From contig OZ024762.1 in NCBI GenBank assembly GCA_964016885.1, forward strand, positions 26,536,001-26,600,000: 64,000 nt of DNA, in the 5' to 3' direction. The translations under genes were made by a program, and so were the position numbers. This document shows, piece by piece, positions 23,801 to 38,800 of the stretch. Below the pieces are notes generated by a model that saw only the letters and a list, made by a program, of their open reading frames with translations, was not told the origin of the DNA and did not search any database. Position 1 is the first letter of the stretch; each line of letters begins with the position of its first letter. Origin of the DNA: Eledone cirrhosa. Its lineage: Eukaryota.

Positions 23801-26800
23801 AGAATATTCTGGAGAAAATGTCGGCTACAGTGTAGAAAGGGCGGATGATACCAGAATATTCTGGAGAAAATGTCGGCTACAGTGTAGAAAGGGCGGATGA
23901 TACCAGAATATTCTGGAGAAAATATTGGCTACAGTGTAGAAAGGGCGGATGATACCAGAATATTCTGGAGAAAATATTGGCTACAGTGTAGAAAGGGCGG
24001 ATGATACCAGAATATTCTGGAGAAAATGTCGGCTACAGTGTAGAAAGGGCGGATGATACCAGAATATTCTGGAGAAAATGTTGGCTACAGTGTAGAAAGG
24101 ACGGATGATACCAGAATATTCTGGAGAAAATATTGGCTACAGTGTAGAAAGGGCGGATGATACCAGAATATTCTGGAGAAAATATTGGCTACAGTGTAGA
24201 AAGGGCGGATGATACCAGAATATTCTGGAGAAAATGTCGGCTACAGTGTAGAAAGGGCGGATGATACCAGAATATTCTGGAGAAAATGTCGGCTACAGTG
24301 TAGAAAGGGCGGATGATACCAGAATATTCTGGAGAAAATGTCGGCTACAGTGTAGAAAGGGCGGATGATACCAGAATATTCTGGAGAAAATGTCGGTTGC
24401 AGTGTAGAAAGGGCGGATGATACCAGAATATTCTGGAGAAAATGTCGGCTACAGTGTAGAAAGGGCGGATGATACCAGAATATTCTGGAGAAAATGTCGG
24501 CTACAGTGTAGAAAGGGCGGATGATACCAGAATATTCTGGAGAAAATATTGGCTACAGTGTAGAAAGGGCGGATGATACCAGAATATTCTGGAGAAAATA
24601 TTGGCTACAGTGTAGAAAGGGCGGATGATACCAGAATATTCTGGAGAAAATATTGGCTACAGTGTAGAAAGGGCGGATGATACCAGAATATTCTGGAGAA
24701 AATGTCGGCTACAGTGTAGAAAGGGCGGATGATACCAGAATATTCTGGAGAAAATGTCGGCTACAGTGTAGAAAGGGCGGATGATACCAGAATATTCTGG
24801 AGAAAATATTGGCTACAGTGTAGAAAGGGCGGATGATACCAGAATATTCTGGAGAAAATATTGGCTACAGTGTAGAAAGGGCGGATGATACCAGAATATT
24901 CTGGAGAAAATATTGGCTACAGTGTAGAAAGGGCGGATGATACCAGAATATTCTGGAGAAAATGTCGGCTACAGTGTAGAAAGGGCGGATGATACCAGAA
25001 TATTCTGGAGAAAATGTCGGCTACAGTGTAGAAAGGGCGGATGATACCAGAATATTCTGGAGAAAATATTGGCTACAGTGTAGAAAGGGCGGATGATACC
25101 AGAATATTCTGGAGAAAATGTCGGCTACAGTGTAGAAAGGGCGGATGATACCAGAATATTCTGGAGAAAATGTCGGCTACAGTGTAGAAAGGGCGGATGA
25201 TACCAGAATATTCTGGAGAAAATATTGGCTACAGTGTAGAAAGGGCGGATGATACCAGAATATTCTGGAGAAAATGTCGGCTACAGTGTAGAAAGGGCGG
25301 ATGATACCAGAATATTCTGGAGAAAATGTCGGCTACAGTGTAGAAAGGGCGGATGATACCAGAATATTCTGGAGAAAATGTCGGCTACAGTGTAGAAAGG
25401 GCGGATGATACCAGAATATTCTGGAGAAAATATTGGCTACAGTGTAGAAAGGGCGGATGATACCAGAATATTCTGGAGAAAATATTGGCTACAGTGTAGA
25501 AAGGGCGGATGATACCAGAATATTCTGGAGAAAATGTCGGCTACAGTGTAGAAAGGGCGGATGATACCAGAATATTCTGGAGAAAATGTCGGCTACAGTG
25601 TAGAAAGGGCGGATGATACCAGAATATTCTGGAGAAAATATTGGCTACAGTGTAGAAAGGGCGGATGATACCAGAATATTCTGGAGAAAATGTCGGCTAC
25701 AGTGTAGAAAGGGCGGATGATACCAGAATATTCTGGAGAAAATGTCGGCTACAGTGTAGAAAGGGCGGATGATACCAGAATATTCTGGAGAAAATGTCGG
25801 CTACAGTGTAGAAAGGGCGGATGATACCAGAATATTCTGGAGAAAATATTGGCTACAGTGTAGAAAGGGCGGATGATACCAGAATATTCTGGAGAAAATG
25901 TCGGCTACAGTGTAGAAAGGGCGGATGATACCAGAATATTCTGGAGAAAATATTGGCTACAGTGTAGAAAGGGCGGATGATACCAGAATATTCTGGAGAA
26001 AATGTCGGCTACAGTGTAGAAAGGGCGGATGATACCAGAATATTCTGGAGAAAATGTCGGCTACAGTGTAGAAAGGGCGGATGATACCAGAATATTCTGG
26101 AGAAAATGTCGGCTACAGTGTAGAAAGGGCGGATGATACCAGAATATTCTGGAGAAAATATTGGCTACAGTGTAGAAAGGGCGGATGATACCAGAATATT
26201 CTGGAGAAAATGTCGGCTACAGTGTAGAAAGGGCGGATGATACCAGAATATTCTGGAGAAAATATTGGCTACAGTGTAGAAAGGGCGGATGATACCAGAA
26301 TATTCTGGAGAAAATGTTGGCTACAGTGTAGAAAGGGCGGATGATACCAGAATATTCTGGAGAAAATGTCGGCTACTGTGTAGAAAGGGCGGATGATACC
26401 AGAATATTCTGGAGAAAATATTGGCTACAGTGTAGAAAGGGCGGATGATACCAGAATATTCTGGAGAAAATGTCGGCTACAGTGTAGAAAGGGCGGATGA
26501 TACCAGAATATTCTGGAGAAAATGTCGGCTACAGTGTAGAAAGGGCGGATGATACCAGAATATTCTGGAGAAAATGTCGGCTACAGTGTAGAAAGGGCGG
26601 ATGATACCAGAATATTCTGGAGAAAATGTCGGCTACAGTGTAGAAAGGGCGGATGATACCAGAATATTCTGGAGAAAATGTCGGCTACAGTGTAGAAAGG
26701 GCGGATGATACCAGAATATTCTGGAGAAAATATTGGCTACAGTGTAGAAAGGGCGGATGATACCAGAATATTCTGGAGAAAATGTCGGCTACAGTGTAGA

Positions 26801-29800
26801 AAGGGCGGATGATACCAGAATATTCTGGAGAAAATGTCGGCTACAGTGTAGAAAGGGCGGATGATACCAGAATATTCTGGAGAAAATGTCGGCTACAGTG
26901 TAGAAAGGGCGGATGATACCAGAATATTCTGGAGAAAATATTGGCTACAGTGTAGAAAGGGCGGATGATACCAGAATATTCTGGAGAAAATGTCGGCTAC
27001 AGTGTAGAAAGGGCGGATGATACCAGAATATTCTGGAGAAAATATTGGCTACAGTGTAGAAAGGGCGGATGATACCAGAATATTCTGGAGAAAATGTTGG
27101 CTACAGTGTAGAAAGGGCGGATGATACCAGAATATTCTGGAGAAAATGTCGGCTACTGTGTAGAAAGGGCGGATGATACCAGAATATTCTGGAGAAAATG
27201 TTGGCTACAGTGTAGAAAGGGCGGATGATACCAGAATATTCTGGAGAAAATGTCGGTTGCAGTGTAGAAAGGGCGGATGATACCAGAATATTCTGGAGAA
27301 AATGTCGGCTACTGTGTAGAAAGGGCGGATGATACCAGAATATTCTGGAGAAAATGTTGGCTACAGTGTAGAAAGGGCGGATGATACCAGAATATTCTGG
27401 AGAAAATGTCGGCTACTGTGTAGAAAGGGCGGATGATACCAGAATATTCTGGAGAAAATGTTGGCTACAGTGTAGAAAGGGCGGATGATACCAGAATATT
27501 CTGGAGAAAATGTCGGTTGCAGTGTAGAAAGGGCGGATGATACCAGAATATTCTGGAGAAAATGTCGGCTACAGTGTAGAAAGGGCGGATGATACCAGAA
27601 TATTCTGGAGAAAATGTCGGCTACAGTGTAGAAAGGGCGGATGATACCAGAATATTCTGGAGAAAATATTGGCTACAGTGTAGAAAGGGCGGATGATACC
27701 AGAATATTCTGGAGAAAATGTCGGCTACAGTGTAGAAAGGGCGGATGATACCAGAATATTCTGGAGAAAATATTGGCTACAGTGTAGAAAGGGCGGATGA
27801 TACCAGAATATTCTGGAGAAAATGTTGGCTACAGTGTAGAAAGGGCGGATGATACCAGAATATTCTGGAGAAAATGTCGGCTACAGTGTAGAAAGGGCGG
27901 ATGATACCAGAATATTCTGGAGAAAATGTTGGCTACAGTGTAGAAAGTGCGGATGATACCAGAATATTCTGGAGAAAATGTCGGCTACAGTGTAGAAAGT
28001 GCGGATGATACCAGAATATTCTGGAGAAAATGTCGGTTGCAGTGTAGAAAGGGCGGATGATACCAGAATATTCTGGAGAAAATATCGGTTGCAGTGTAGA
28101 AAGGGCGGATGATACCAGAATATTCTGGAGAAAATATCGGTTGCAGTGTAGAAAGGGCGGATGATACCAGAATATTCTGGAGAAAATGTCGGTTGCAGTG
28201 TAGAAAGGGCGGATGATACCAGAATATTCTGGAGAAAATGTCGGTTGCAGTGTAGAAAGGGCGGATGATACCAGAATATTCTGGAGAAAATATCGGTTGC
28301 AGTGTAGAAAGGGCGGATGATACCAGAATATTCTGGAGAAAATGTCGGTTGCAGTGTAGAAAGGGCGGATGATACCAGAATATTCTGGAGAAAATGTCGG
28401 CTACAGTGTAGAAAGGGCGGATGATACCAGAATATTCTGGAGAAAATATCGGTTGCAGTGTAGAAAGGGCGGATGATACCAGAATATTCTGGAGAAAATG
28501 TCGGCTACAGTGTAGAAAGGGCGGATGATACCAGAATATTCTGGAGAAAATGTCGGTTGCAGTGTAGAAAGGGCGGATGATACCAGAATATTCTGGAGAA
28601 AATGTTGGCTACAGTGTAGAAAGGGCGGATGATACCAGAATATTCTGGAGAAAATGTCGGTTGCAGTGTAGAAAGGGCGGATGATACCAGAATATTCTGG
28701 AGAAAATGTCGGCTACAGTGTAGAAAGGGCGGATGATACCAGAATATTCTGGAGAAAATGTCGGCTACAGTGTAGAAAGGGCGGATGATACCAGAATATT
28801 CTGGAGAAAATGTCGGCTACAGTGTAGAAAGGGCGGATGATACCAGAATATTCTGGAGAAAATGTCGGTTGCAGTGTAGAAAGGGCGGATGATACCAGAA
28901 TATTCTGGAGAAAATATCGGTTGCAGTGTAGAAAGTGCGGATGATACCAGAATATTCTGGAGAAAATGTCGGTTGCAGTGTAGAAAGGGCGGATGATACC
29001 AGAATATTCTGGAGAAAATATCGGTTGCAGTGTAGAAAGGGCGGATGATACCAGAATATTCTGGAGAAAATATCGGTTGCAGTGTAGAAAGGGCGGATGA
29101 TACCAGAATATTCTGGAGAAAATGTCGGTTGCAGTGTAGAAAGGGCGGATGATACCAGAATATTCTGGAGAAAATGTCGGTTGCAGTGTAGAAAGGGCGG
29201 ATGATACCAGAATATTCTGGAGAAAATGTCGGTTGCAGTGTAGAAAGGGCGGATGATACCAGAATATTCTGGAGAAAATATCGGTTGCAGTGTAGAAAGG
29301 GCGGATGATACCAGAATATTCTGGATAAAATGTCGGCTAAAGTGTAGAAAGGGCGGATGATACCAGAATATTCTGGAGAAAATGTCGGCTAAAGTGTAGA
29401 AAGGGCGGATGATACCAGAATATTCTGGATAAAATATCGGTTGCAGTGTAGAAAGGGCGGATAATACCAGAATATTCTGGAGAAAATATCGGTTGCAGTG
29501 TAGAAAGGGCGGATGATACCAGAATATTCTGGATAAAATGTCGGCTAAAGTGTAGAAAGGGCGGATGATACCAGAATATTCTGGAGAAAATGTCGGTTGC
29601 AGTGTAGAAAGGGCGGATGATACCAGAATATTCTGGAGAAAATATCGGTTGCAGTGTAGAAAGTGCGGATGATACCAGAATATTCTGGAGAAAATGTCGG
29701 TTGCAGTGTAGAAAGGGCGGATGATACCAGAATATTCTGGAGAAAATGTCGGCTAAAGTGTAGAAAGGGCGGATGATACCAGAATATTCTGGATAAAATA

Positions 29801-32800
29801 TCGGTTGCAGTGTAGAAAGGGCGGATAATACCAGAATATTCTGGAGAAAATATCGGTTGCAGTGTAGAAAGGGCGGATGATACCAGAATATTCTGGATAA
29901 AATGTCGGCTAAAGTGTAGAAAGGGCGGATGATACCAGAATATTCTGGAGAAAATGTCGGTTGCAGTGTAGAAAGGGCGGATGATACCAGAATGTTCTGG
30001 AGAAAATGTCGGCTACAGTGTAGAAAGGGCGGATGATACCAGAATATTGTGGAGAAAATGTCGGCTACAGTGTAGAAAGGGCGGATGATACCAGAATATT
30101 GTGGAGAAAATGTCGGCTACAGTGTAGAAAGGGCGGATGATACCAGAATATTGTGGAGAAAATGTCGGCTACAGTGTAGAAAGGGCGGATGATACCAGAA
30201 TATTCTGGAGAAAATGTCGGCTACTGTGTAGAAAGGGCGGATGATACCAGAATATTCTGGAGAAAATGTCGGCTACAGTGTAGAAAGGGCGGATGATACC
30301 AGAATATTGTGGAGAAAATGTTGGCTACAGTGCAGAAAGGGCGGATGATACCAGAATATTCTGGAGAAAATGTCGGCTACAGTGCAGAAAGGGCGGATGA
30401 TACCAGAATATTCTGGAGAAAATGTCGGCTACAGTGTAGAAAGGGCGGATGATACCAGAATATTCTGGAGAAAATGTCGGCTAGTGTAGAAAGGGCGGAT
30501 GATACCAGAATATTCTGGAGAAAATGTCGGTTGCAGTGTAGAAAGTGCGGATGATACCAGAATATTCTGGAGAAAATGTCGGCTACAGTGTAGAAAGGGC
30601 GGATGATACCAGAATATTCTGGAGAAAATGTCGGCTACAGTGTAGAAAGGGCGGATGATACCAGAATATTCTGGAGAAAATGTCGGTTGCAGTGTAGAAA
30701 GGGCGGATGATACCAGAATATTCTGGAGAAAATATCGGTTGCAGTGTAGAAAGGGCGGATGATACCAGAATATTCTGGAGAAAATGTCGGTTGCAGTGTA
30801 GAAAGGGCGGATGATACCAGAATATTCTGGAGAAAATGTCGGTTGCAGTGTAGAAAGGGCGGATGATACCAGAATATTCTGGAGAAAATGTCGGCTAAAG
30901 TGTAGAAAGGGCGGATGATACCAGAATATTCTGGATAAAATATCGGTTGCAGTGTAGAAAGGGCGGATAATACCAGAATATTCTGGAGAAAATATCGGTT
31001 GCAGTGTAGAAAGGGCGGATGATACCAGAATATTCTGGATAAAATGTCGGCTAAAGTGTAGAAAGGGCGGATGATACCAGAATATTCTGGAGAAAATGTC
31101 GGTTGCAGTGTAGAAAGGGCGGATGATACCAGAATATTCTGGAGAAAATATCGGTTGCAGTGTAGAAAGGGCGGATGATACCAGAATATTCTGGAGAAAA
31201 TGTCGGTTGCAGTGTAGAAAGGGCGGATGATACCAGAATATTCTGGAGAAAATGTCGGTTGCAGTGTAGAAAGGGCGGATGATACCAGAATATTCTGGAG
31301 AAAATGTCGGCTAAAGTGTAGAAAGGGCGGATGATACCAGAATATTCTGGATAAAATATCGGTTGCAGTGTAGAAAGGGCGGATAATACCAGAATATTCT
31401 GGAGAAAATATCGGTTGCAGTGTAGAAAGGGCGGATGATACCAGAATATTCTGGATAAAATGTCGGCTAAAGTGTAGAAAGGGCGGATGATACCAGAATA
31501 TTCTGGAGAAAATGTCGGTTGCAGTGTAGAAAGGGCGGATGATACCAGAATGTTCTGGAGAAAATGTCGGCTACAGTGTAGAAAGGGCGGATGATACCAG
31601 AATATTGTGGAGAAAATGTCGGCTACAGTGTAGAAAGGGCGGATGATACCAGAATATTGTGGAGAAAATGTCGGCTACAGTGTAGAAAGGGCGGATGATA
31701 CCAGAATATTGTGGAGAAAATGTCGGCTACAGTGTAGAAAGGGCGGATGATACCAGAATATTCTGGAGAAAATGTCGGCTACTGTGTAGAAAGGGCGGAT
31801 GATACCAGAATATTCTGGAGAAAATGTCGGCTACAGTGTAGAAAGGGCGGATGATACCAGAATATTGTGGAGAAAATGTTGGCTACAGTGCAGAAAGGGC
31901 GGATGATACCAGAATATTCTGGAGAAAATGTCGGCTACAGTGCAGAAAGGGCGGATGATACCAGAATATTCTGGAGAAAATGTCGGCTACAGTGTAGAAA
32001 GGGCGGATGATACCAGAATATTCTGGAGAAAATGTCGGCTAGTGTAGAAAGGGCGGATGATACCAGAATATTCTGGAGAAAATGTCGGTTGCAGTGTAGA
32101 AAGGGCGGATGATACCAGAATATTCTGGAGAAAATGTCGGTTGCAGTGTAGAAAGGGCGGATGATACCAGAATATTCTGGAGAAAATATCGGTTGCAGTG
32201 TAGAAAGGGCGGATGATACCAGAATATTCTGGAGAAAATGTCGGTTGCAGTGTAGAAAGGGCGGATGATACCAGAATATTCTGGAGAAAATGTCGGTTGC
32301 AGTGTAGAAAGGGCGGATGATACCAGAATATTCTGGAGAAAATGTCGGCTAAAGTGTAGAAAGGGCGGATGATACCAGAATATTCTGGATAAAATATCGG
32401 TTGCAGTGTAGAAAGGGCGGATAATACCAGAATATTCTGGAGAAAATATCGGTTGCAGTGTAGAAAGGGCGGATGATACCAGAATATTCTGGATAAAATG
32501 TCGGCTAAAGTGTAGAAAGGGCGGATGATACCAGAATATTCTGGAGAAAATGTCGGTTGCAGTATAGAAAGGGCGGATGATACCAGAATGTTCTGGAGAA
32601 AATGTCGGCTACAGTGTAGAAAGTGCGGATGATACCAGAATATTCTGGAGAAAATGTCGTTTGCAGTGTAGAAAGGGCGGATGATACCAGAATATTCTGG
32701 AGAAAATGTCGGCTACAGTGTAGAAAGGGCGGGTGATACCAGAATATTCTGGAGAAAATATTGGCTACAGTGTAGAAAGGGCGGATGATACCAGAATATT

Positions 32801-35740
32801 CTGGAGAAAATGTCGGTTGCAGTGTAGAAAGGGCGGATGATACCAGAATATTCTGGAGAAAATGTCGGCTACAGTGTAGAAAGGGCGGATGATACCAGAA
32901 TATTGTGGAGAAAATGTTGGCTACAGTGTAGAAAGGGCGGATGATACCAGAATATTCTGGAGAAAATATCGGTTGCAGTGTAGAAAGGGCGGATGATACC
33001 AGAATATTCTGGAGAAAATGTCGGCTACAGTGTAGAAAGGGCGGATGATACCAGAATATTCTGGAGAAAATGTCGGCTACAGTGTAGAAAGGGCGGATGA
33101 TACCAGAATATTCTGGAGAAAATGTCGGTTGCAGTGTAGAAAGGGCGGATGATACCAGAATATTCTGGAGAAAATGTTGGCTACAGTGTAGAAAGGGCGG
33201 ATGATACCAGAATATTCTGGAGAAAATATCGGTTGCAGTGTAGAAAGGGCGGATGATACCAGAATATTCTGGAGAAAATGTCGGCTACAGTGTAGAAAGG
33301 GCGGATGATACCAGAATATTCTGGAGAAAATGTCGGTTGCAGTGTAGAAAGGGCGGATGATACCAGAATATTCTGGAGAAAATGTTGGCTACAGTGTAGA
33401 AAGGGCGGATGATACCAGAATATTCTGGAGAAAATATCGGTTGCAGTGTAGAAAGGGCGGATGATACCAGAATATTCTGGAGAAAATGTCGGCTACAGTG
33501 TAGAAAGGGCGGATGATACCAGAATATTCTGGAGAAAATGTCGGTTGCAGTGTAGAAAGGGCGGATGATACCAGAATATTCTGGAGAAAATGTTGGCTAC
33601 AGTGTAGAAAGGGCGGATGATACCAGAATATTCTGGAGAAAATGTCGGTTGCAGTGTAGAAAGGGCGGATGATACCAGAATATTCTGGAGAAAATGTCGG
33701 CTACAGTGTAGAAAGGGCGGATGATACCAGAATATTCTGGAGAAAATGTCGGCTACAGTGTAGAAAGGGCGGATGATACCAGAATATTCTGGAGAAAATG
33801 TCGGTTGCAGTGTAGAAAGGGCGGATGATACCAGAATATTCTGGAGAAAATATCGGTTGCAGTGTAGAAAGTGCGGATGATACCAGAATATTCTGGAGAA
33901 AATGTCGGTTGCAGTGTAGAAAGGGCGGATGATACCAGAATATTCTGGAGAAAATGTCGGCTAAAGTGTAGAAAGGGCGGATGATACCAGAATATTCTGG
34001 AGAAAATGTTGGCTACAGTGTAGAAAGTGCGGATGATACCAGAATATTCTGGAGAAAATGTCGGTTGCAGTGTAGAAAGGGCGGATGATACCAGAATATT
34101 CTGGAGAAAATGACGGCTACTGTGTAGAAAGGGCGGATGATACCAGAATATTCTGGAGAAAATGTTGGCTACAGTGTAGAAAGTGCGGATGATACCAGAA
34201 TATTCTGGAGAAAATGTCGGTTGCAGTGTAGAAAGGGCGGATGATACCAGAATATTCTGGAGAAAATGTCGGCTACAGTGTAGAAAGGGCGGATGATACC
34301 AGAATATTGTGGAGAAAATGTTGGCTACAGTGTAGAAAGGGCGGATGATACCAGAATATTCTGGAGAAAATGTCGGCTACAGTGTAGAAAGGGCGGATGA
34401 TACCAGAATATTGTGGAGAAAATGTTGGCTACAGTGTAGAAAGGGCGGATGATACCAGAATATTCTGGAGAAAATGTCGGCTACAGTGTAGAAAAGGCGG
34501 ATGATACCAGAATATTCTGGAGAAAATGACGGCTACTGTGTAGAAAGGGCGGATGATACCAGAATTTTCTGGAGAAAATGTCGGCTACAGTGTAGAAAAG
34601 GCGGATGATACCAGAATATTCTGGAGAAAATGTCGGCTACAGTGTAGAAAGGGCGGATGATACCAGAATTTTCTGGAGAAAATGTCGGCTACAGTGTAGA
34701 AAGGGCGGATGATACCAGAATTTTCTGGAGAAAATGTCGGCTACAGTGTAGAAAGGGCGGATGATACCAGAATTTTCTGGAGAAAATGTTGGCTACTGTG
34801 TAGAAAAGGCGGATGATACCAGAATATTCTGGAGAAAATGACGGCTACTGTGTAGAAAGGGCGGATGATACCAGAATATTCTGGAGAAAATGACGGCTAC
34901 TGTGTAGAAAGGGCGGATGATACCAGAATTTTCTGGAGAAAATGTCGGCTACAGTGTAGAAAGGGCGGATGATACCAGAATATTCTGGAGAAAATGTTGG
35001 CTACAGTGTAGAAAGGGCGGATGATACCAGAATATTCTGGAGAAAATGTTGGCTACAGTGTAGAAAGGGCGGATGATACCAGAATATTCTGGAGAAAATG
35101 TCGGCTACAGTGTAGAAAGGGCGGATGATACCAGAATATTCTGGAGAAAATGTCGGCTACTGTGTAGAAAGGGCGGATGATACCAGAATATTCTGGAGAA
35201 AATGTTGGCTACTGTGTAGAAAGGGCAGATGATACCAGAATATTCTGGAGAAAATGTCGGCTACTGTGTAGAAAGGGCGGATGATACCAGAATATTCTGG
35301 AGAAAATGTTGGCTACTGTGTAGAAAGGGCAGATGATACCAGAATATTCTGGAGAAAATGTCGGCTACTGTGTAGAAAGGGCGGATGATACCAGAATATT
35401 GTGGAGAAAATGTCGGCTACAGTGTAGAAAGGGCGGATGATACCAGAATATTGTGGAGAAAATGTCGGCTACAGTGTAGAAAGGACGGATGATACCATAA
35501 TATTCTGGAGAAAATGTCGGCTACAGTGTAGAAAGGACGGATGATACCAGAATATTGTGGAGAAAATGTCGGCTACAGTGTAGAAAGGGCGGATGATACC
35601 AGAATATTGTGGAGAAAATGTCGGCTACAGTGTAGAAAGGACGGATGATACCAGAATATTCTGGAGAAAATGTCGGCTACAGTGTAGAAAGGGATATGAT
35701 ACCATAATATTCTGGAGAAAATGTCGGCTACAATGTAGAA
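20875..35740. repeat. 52-bp satellite array, roughly 285 copies
   Basis: Consensus GAAAATGTCGGCTACAGTGTAGAAAGGGCGGATGATACCAGAATATTCTGGA; contains the 14-bp palindrome CCAGAATATTCTGG; few point variants. Confidence 0.98.
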
Positions 35741-35916
35741 GCTATTTTCTAGATACTGGGCCCTGGATTCTAAGACAAAGGCGGTGCCGAAAGTCAATAA
35801 TAAATTGTGCAAATCGAAGACATTATAATATTGGAAATAATAAAAATAATAAAAATAATAAAAACGAATACAATGATGTTATCCCATGATAATGCATAAA
35901 TTGTATTTCACAAAAT

Positions 35917-36155
35917 AATGATGATGATGACGATGATGATGGTAGTGGTGGTGGTGGTGATGATGGTGTGGTGGTGGTGGTGGTGATGGCGATGACGATG
36001 ACGATGGTGTTGGGAGTGTTGGTGGTGGTGGCGGTGGTGACGGTGATGATGATGATGATAATGATGATGATGATGATGATAAGGGTTAGAAGAAGAAGAA
36101 GAAGAAGAAGAAAAAGAAGAAGAAGAAGAAGAAGAAGAAGAAGAAGAAGAAGAAG

Positions 36156-36186
<31 letters not shown>

Positions 36187-36352
36187 GCATATGAAGTAGA
36201 AAGCAACGAAACAACAACAGCAACGACAACAACAGCGGCAACAACAACAACAACAACAGCACCAGCAACAACAACAAAAACAACAACAGCAACATAACAA
36301 CAACAGCAGCAACAGCACAAGTAACAACAACAACATTAACAAGAACAACAGC

Positions 36353-36386
<34 letters not shown>

Positions 36387-36486
36387 GCAACAACAACAAA
36401 AACAACAACAGCAACAACAAAAGTACAGCAAAAGCAATAACAACAACATTAACAACAACAACAGCAACAACAGCAAGAACAACAAT
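35917..36486. repeat. Compound (GAT)(GGT)(GAA)(CAA) trinucleotide microsatellite
   Basis: Directly visible. Confidence 0.95.
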
Positions 36487-36519
36487 ACATTTTTACTATT
36501 TTGTTTTTTACTATAAATA

Positions 36520-36614
<95 letters not shown>

Positions 36615-37426
36615 ATATATATATCTTTTTTGTTAGTGTGTGTGTAAATTAAATTTTCTCCGAACCTGCCTCTGTCACCTGATATCGCATCTTATTTGCA
36701 AACATCTATTTTTGTGGAGTGTCTTGGTGAATTGCTTTCTGCTGTCAGGTTTCTAGAATCGTGCTCTGCAGCAGGCAACAACTAGCGAAAAAATCAGAAA
36801 GAGAAGTGTGTGTGTGTTTGGGTCTGTGTGTGTGTATGTGTGATTGTGTGTGGTGGTGGGAAAGAGCTGTGTGACTGTGTGTGTGTTTGTGTGTGGGGGT
36901 TGTGTGTGATTGTATTTGTCTGTGTGTGTTTGTGCGTGGCTGTGTTTATGTGTAAGTATGTGTGTGTGATTGTGTGTCTATATGTGTGTATGTGTGTGTG
37001 TGTGTGGGGGGGGGGGGGCTATTTGTGTGTTTGTGTGTCAATAAGTGTATGACTATGTGTGTCTATAAGTATGTGACTTTGTGTGTATGTGAGTGCGTCT
37101 ATACGTGTGTCTATGTGTGTGAGTTTGTATATGTGAGTATGTATGTGGGCGTCAATAAGTGTGTGTATATTTATGTGTGTATTTCGAGTTTGTAATTGTA
37201 GAAAATTAATGAAGACATGGAGTCCATTGCACCACGAACATTTAATTCAATTGTCCAGCGAGACTTTTGCAGTGAACACACACCCACACCCACACACACA
37301 CACACATACACTCACACACATACACACATACACGTATGTATAGATACACACATATATTACATATATTACATATATATGTACATACATATATCACATATAT
37401 GTATATATATATATAAATATATATAA

Positions 37427-37457
<31 letters not shown>

Positions 37458-38061
37458 AAAGTAAGTCCATAGAATCATTTGATAAAATATATACAGTATT
37501 TCTTCTCCCAATCACCATAATCAACCACATAAAAAATCATTTAAACGAGGCTATAAGTTTAAAATATACTTATGAAGAAACAATAGATAAACGATATAGC
37601 TTTTTATCCGCGACTCACAGCTACAGTAAATTTACCTAGTATTTCTGATAGCCTGTAGAAATTGACTAGACATACTGTTAACCATACATAATTATGTACA
37701 AAATCAAAGTTAGAAGAAAAAGTGTACATAAACATACCAAACTCATCAAATATATCTCTACCCCTGGAGATTTCATTCGCTTTTTGGAAATATCTGATCT
37801 TGGAAAAAGCAACGAGTTTCGAAATCATCAGGAGACAAACTCAATTGGACAAAGATTTTTCTTAAATGATCCCCGCCAGAAACGAATTCAAAATGGCTAA
37901 GAATTGTCACGTGGCTAGTGGTCAAGTCAGAAAGCTGATTGATGCCTGTCGGCGAGTAGGCTGGCTGCTAGAAAGCGCAGCCGAATACTGCCTAAAGTTT
38001 TACTCAACCTTACGGGAGTATATAAAATATAGAGGTTTACATATACATAAGCTAGACAGAG

Positions 38062-38119
<58 letters not shown>

Positions 38120-38550
38120 GTTTTTGGCAACCATTCACGGTGTGGCTCAATGACGAATTAATTAATTAAATAATCATTAATCAGAGCAATATATAAGATC
38201 ATTTAAACGAGGCTATAAGCGAACGGACTTGAGAAATACCAAACCCAGCATGGATTCATTGAAGTGTGTCGGGCGGAGGGACAGCTTATGGCGAGTGTGA
38301 CAGCAACTATTGGTCAGAATTTATGATGACGTAGAAAAACAACAGCCAACAGCAGGACAAGCGAGGAAGAGATTTTTTGACGCTAACGCCCCAGTGAGAA
38401 AATTGATCCGAAATTATTGCAAATGTCCGACGAACCTGTAGGTCCAAAATCAGACAGATCCATACAATGATCGTGTCTCGAGCTGTCTGCCGGCGAAACA
38501 ATTGTAACACACAATAAATTGAGTTAAGATGCATCACTGATTTTTTGTTT

Positions 38551-38584
<34 letters not shown>

Positions 38585-38586
<2 letters not shown>

Positions 38587-38780
38587 CGAAGGAAATGTGG
38601 TAGGGAACCAGATGGACCATAACGCACCAAAGTACTCAATACTTAGCGTAGTAGAGTGGGTAATAGGAACTAGTAGGACCCCAACGGCTGAGCTCAAGCC
38701 GTTTCGACGGCTATTTCAGTCCAGAATTAGCCGTCGAAACGGCTTGAGCTCAGGCGTCGGGGTCCTACTCGTTCCCATAT
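38585..38780. mobile_element. Family G tail + hairpin element
   Basis: Opposite orientation to 6803-7002; (TA)n on both sides. Confidence 0.82.
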
Positions 38781-38800
38781 ATATATATATATATGTATAT

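Noticed and set aside
20875-35740. CRISPR-like array (palindromic repeat at regular spacing)
   Set aside because: No unique spacers, no cas genes, eukaryotic context; it is a homogeneous satellite
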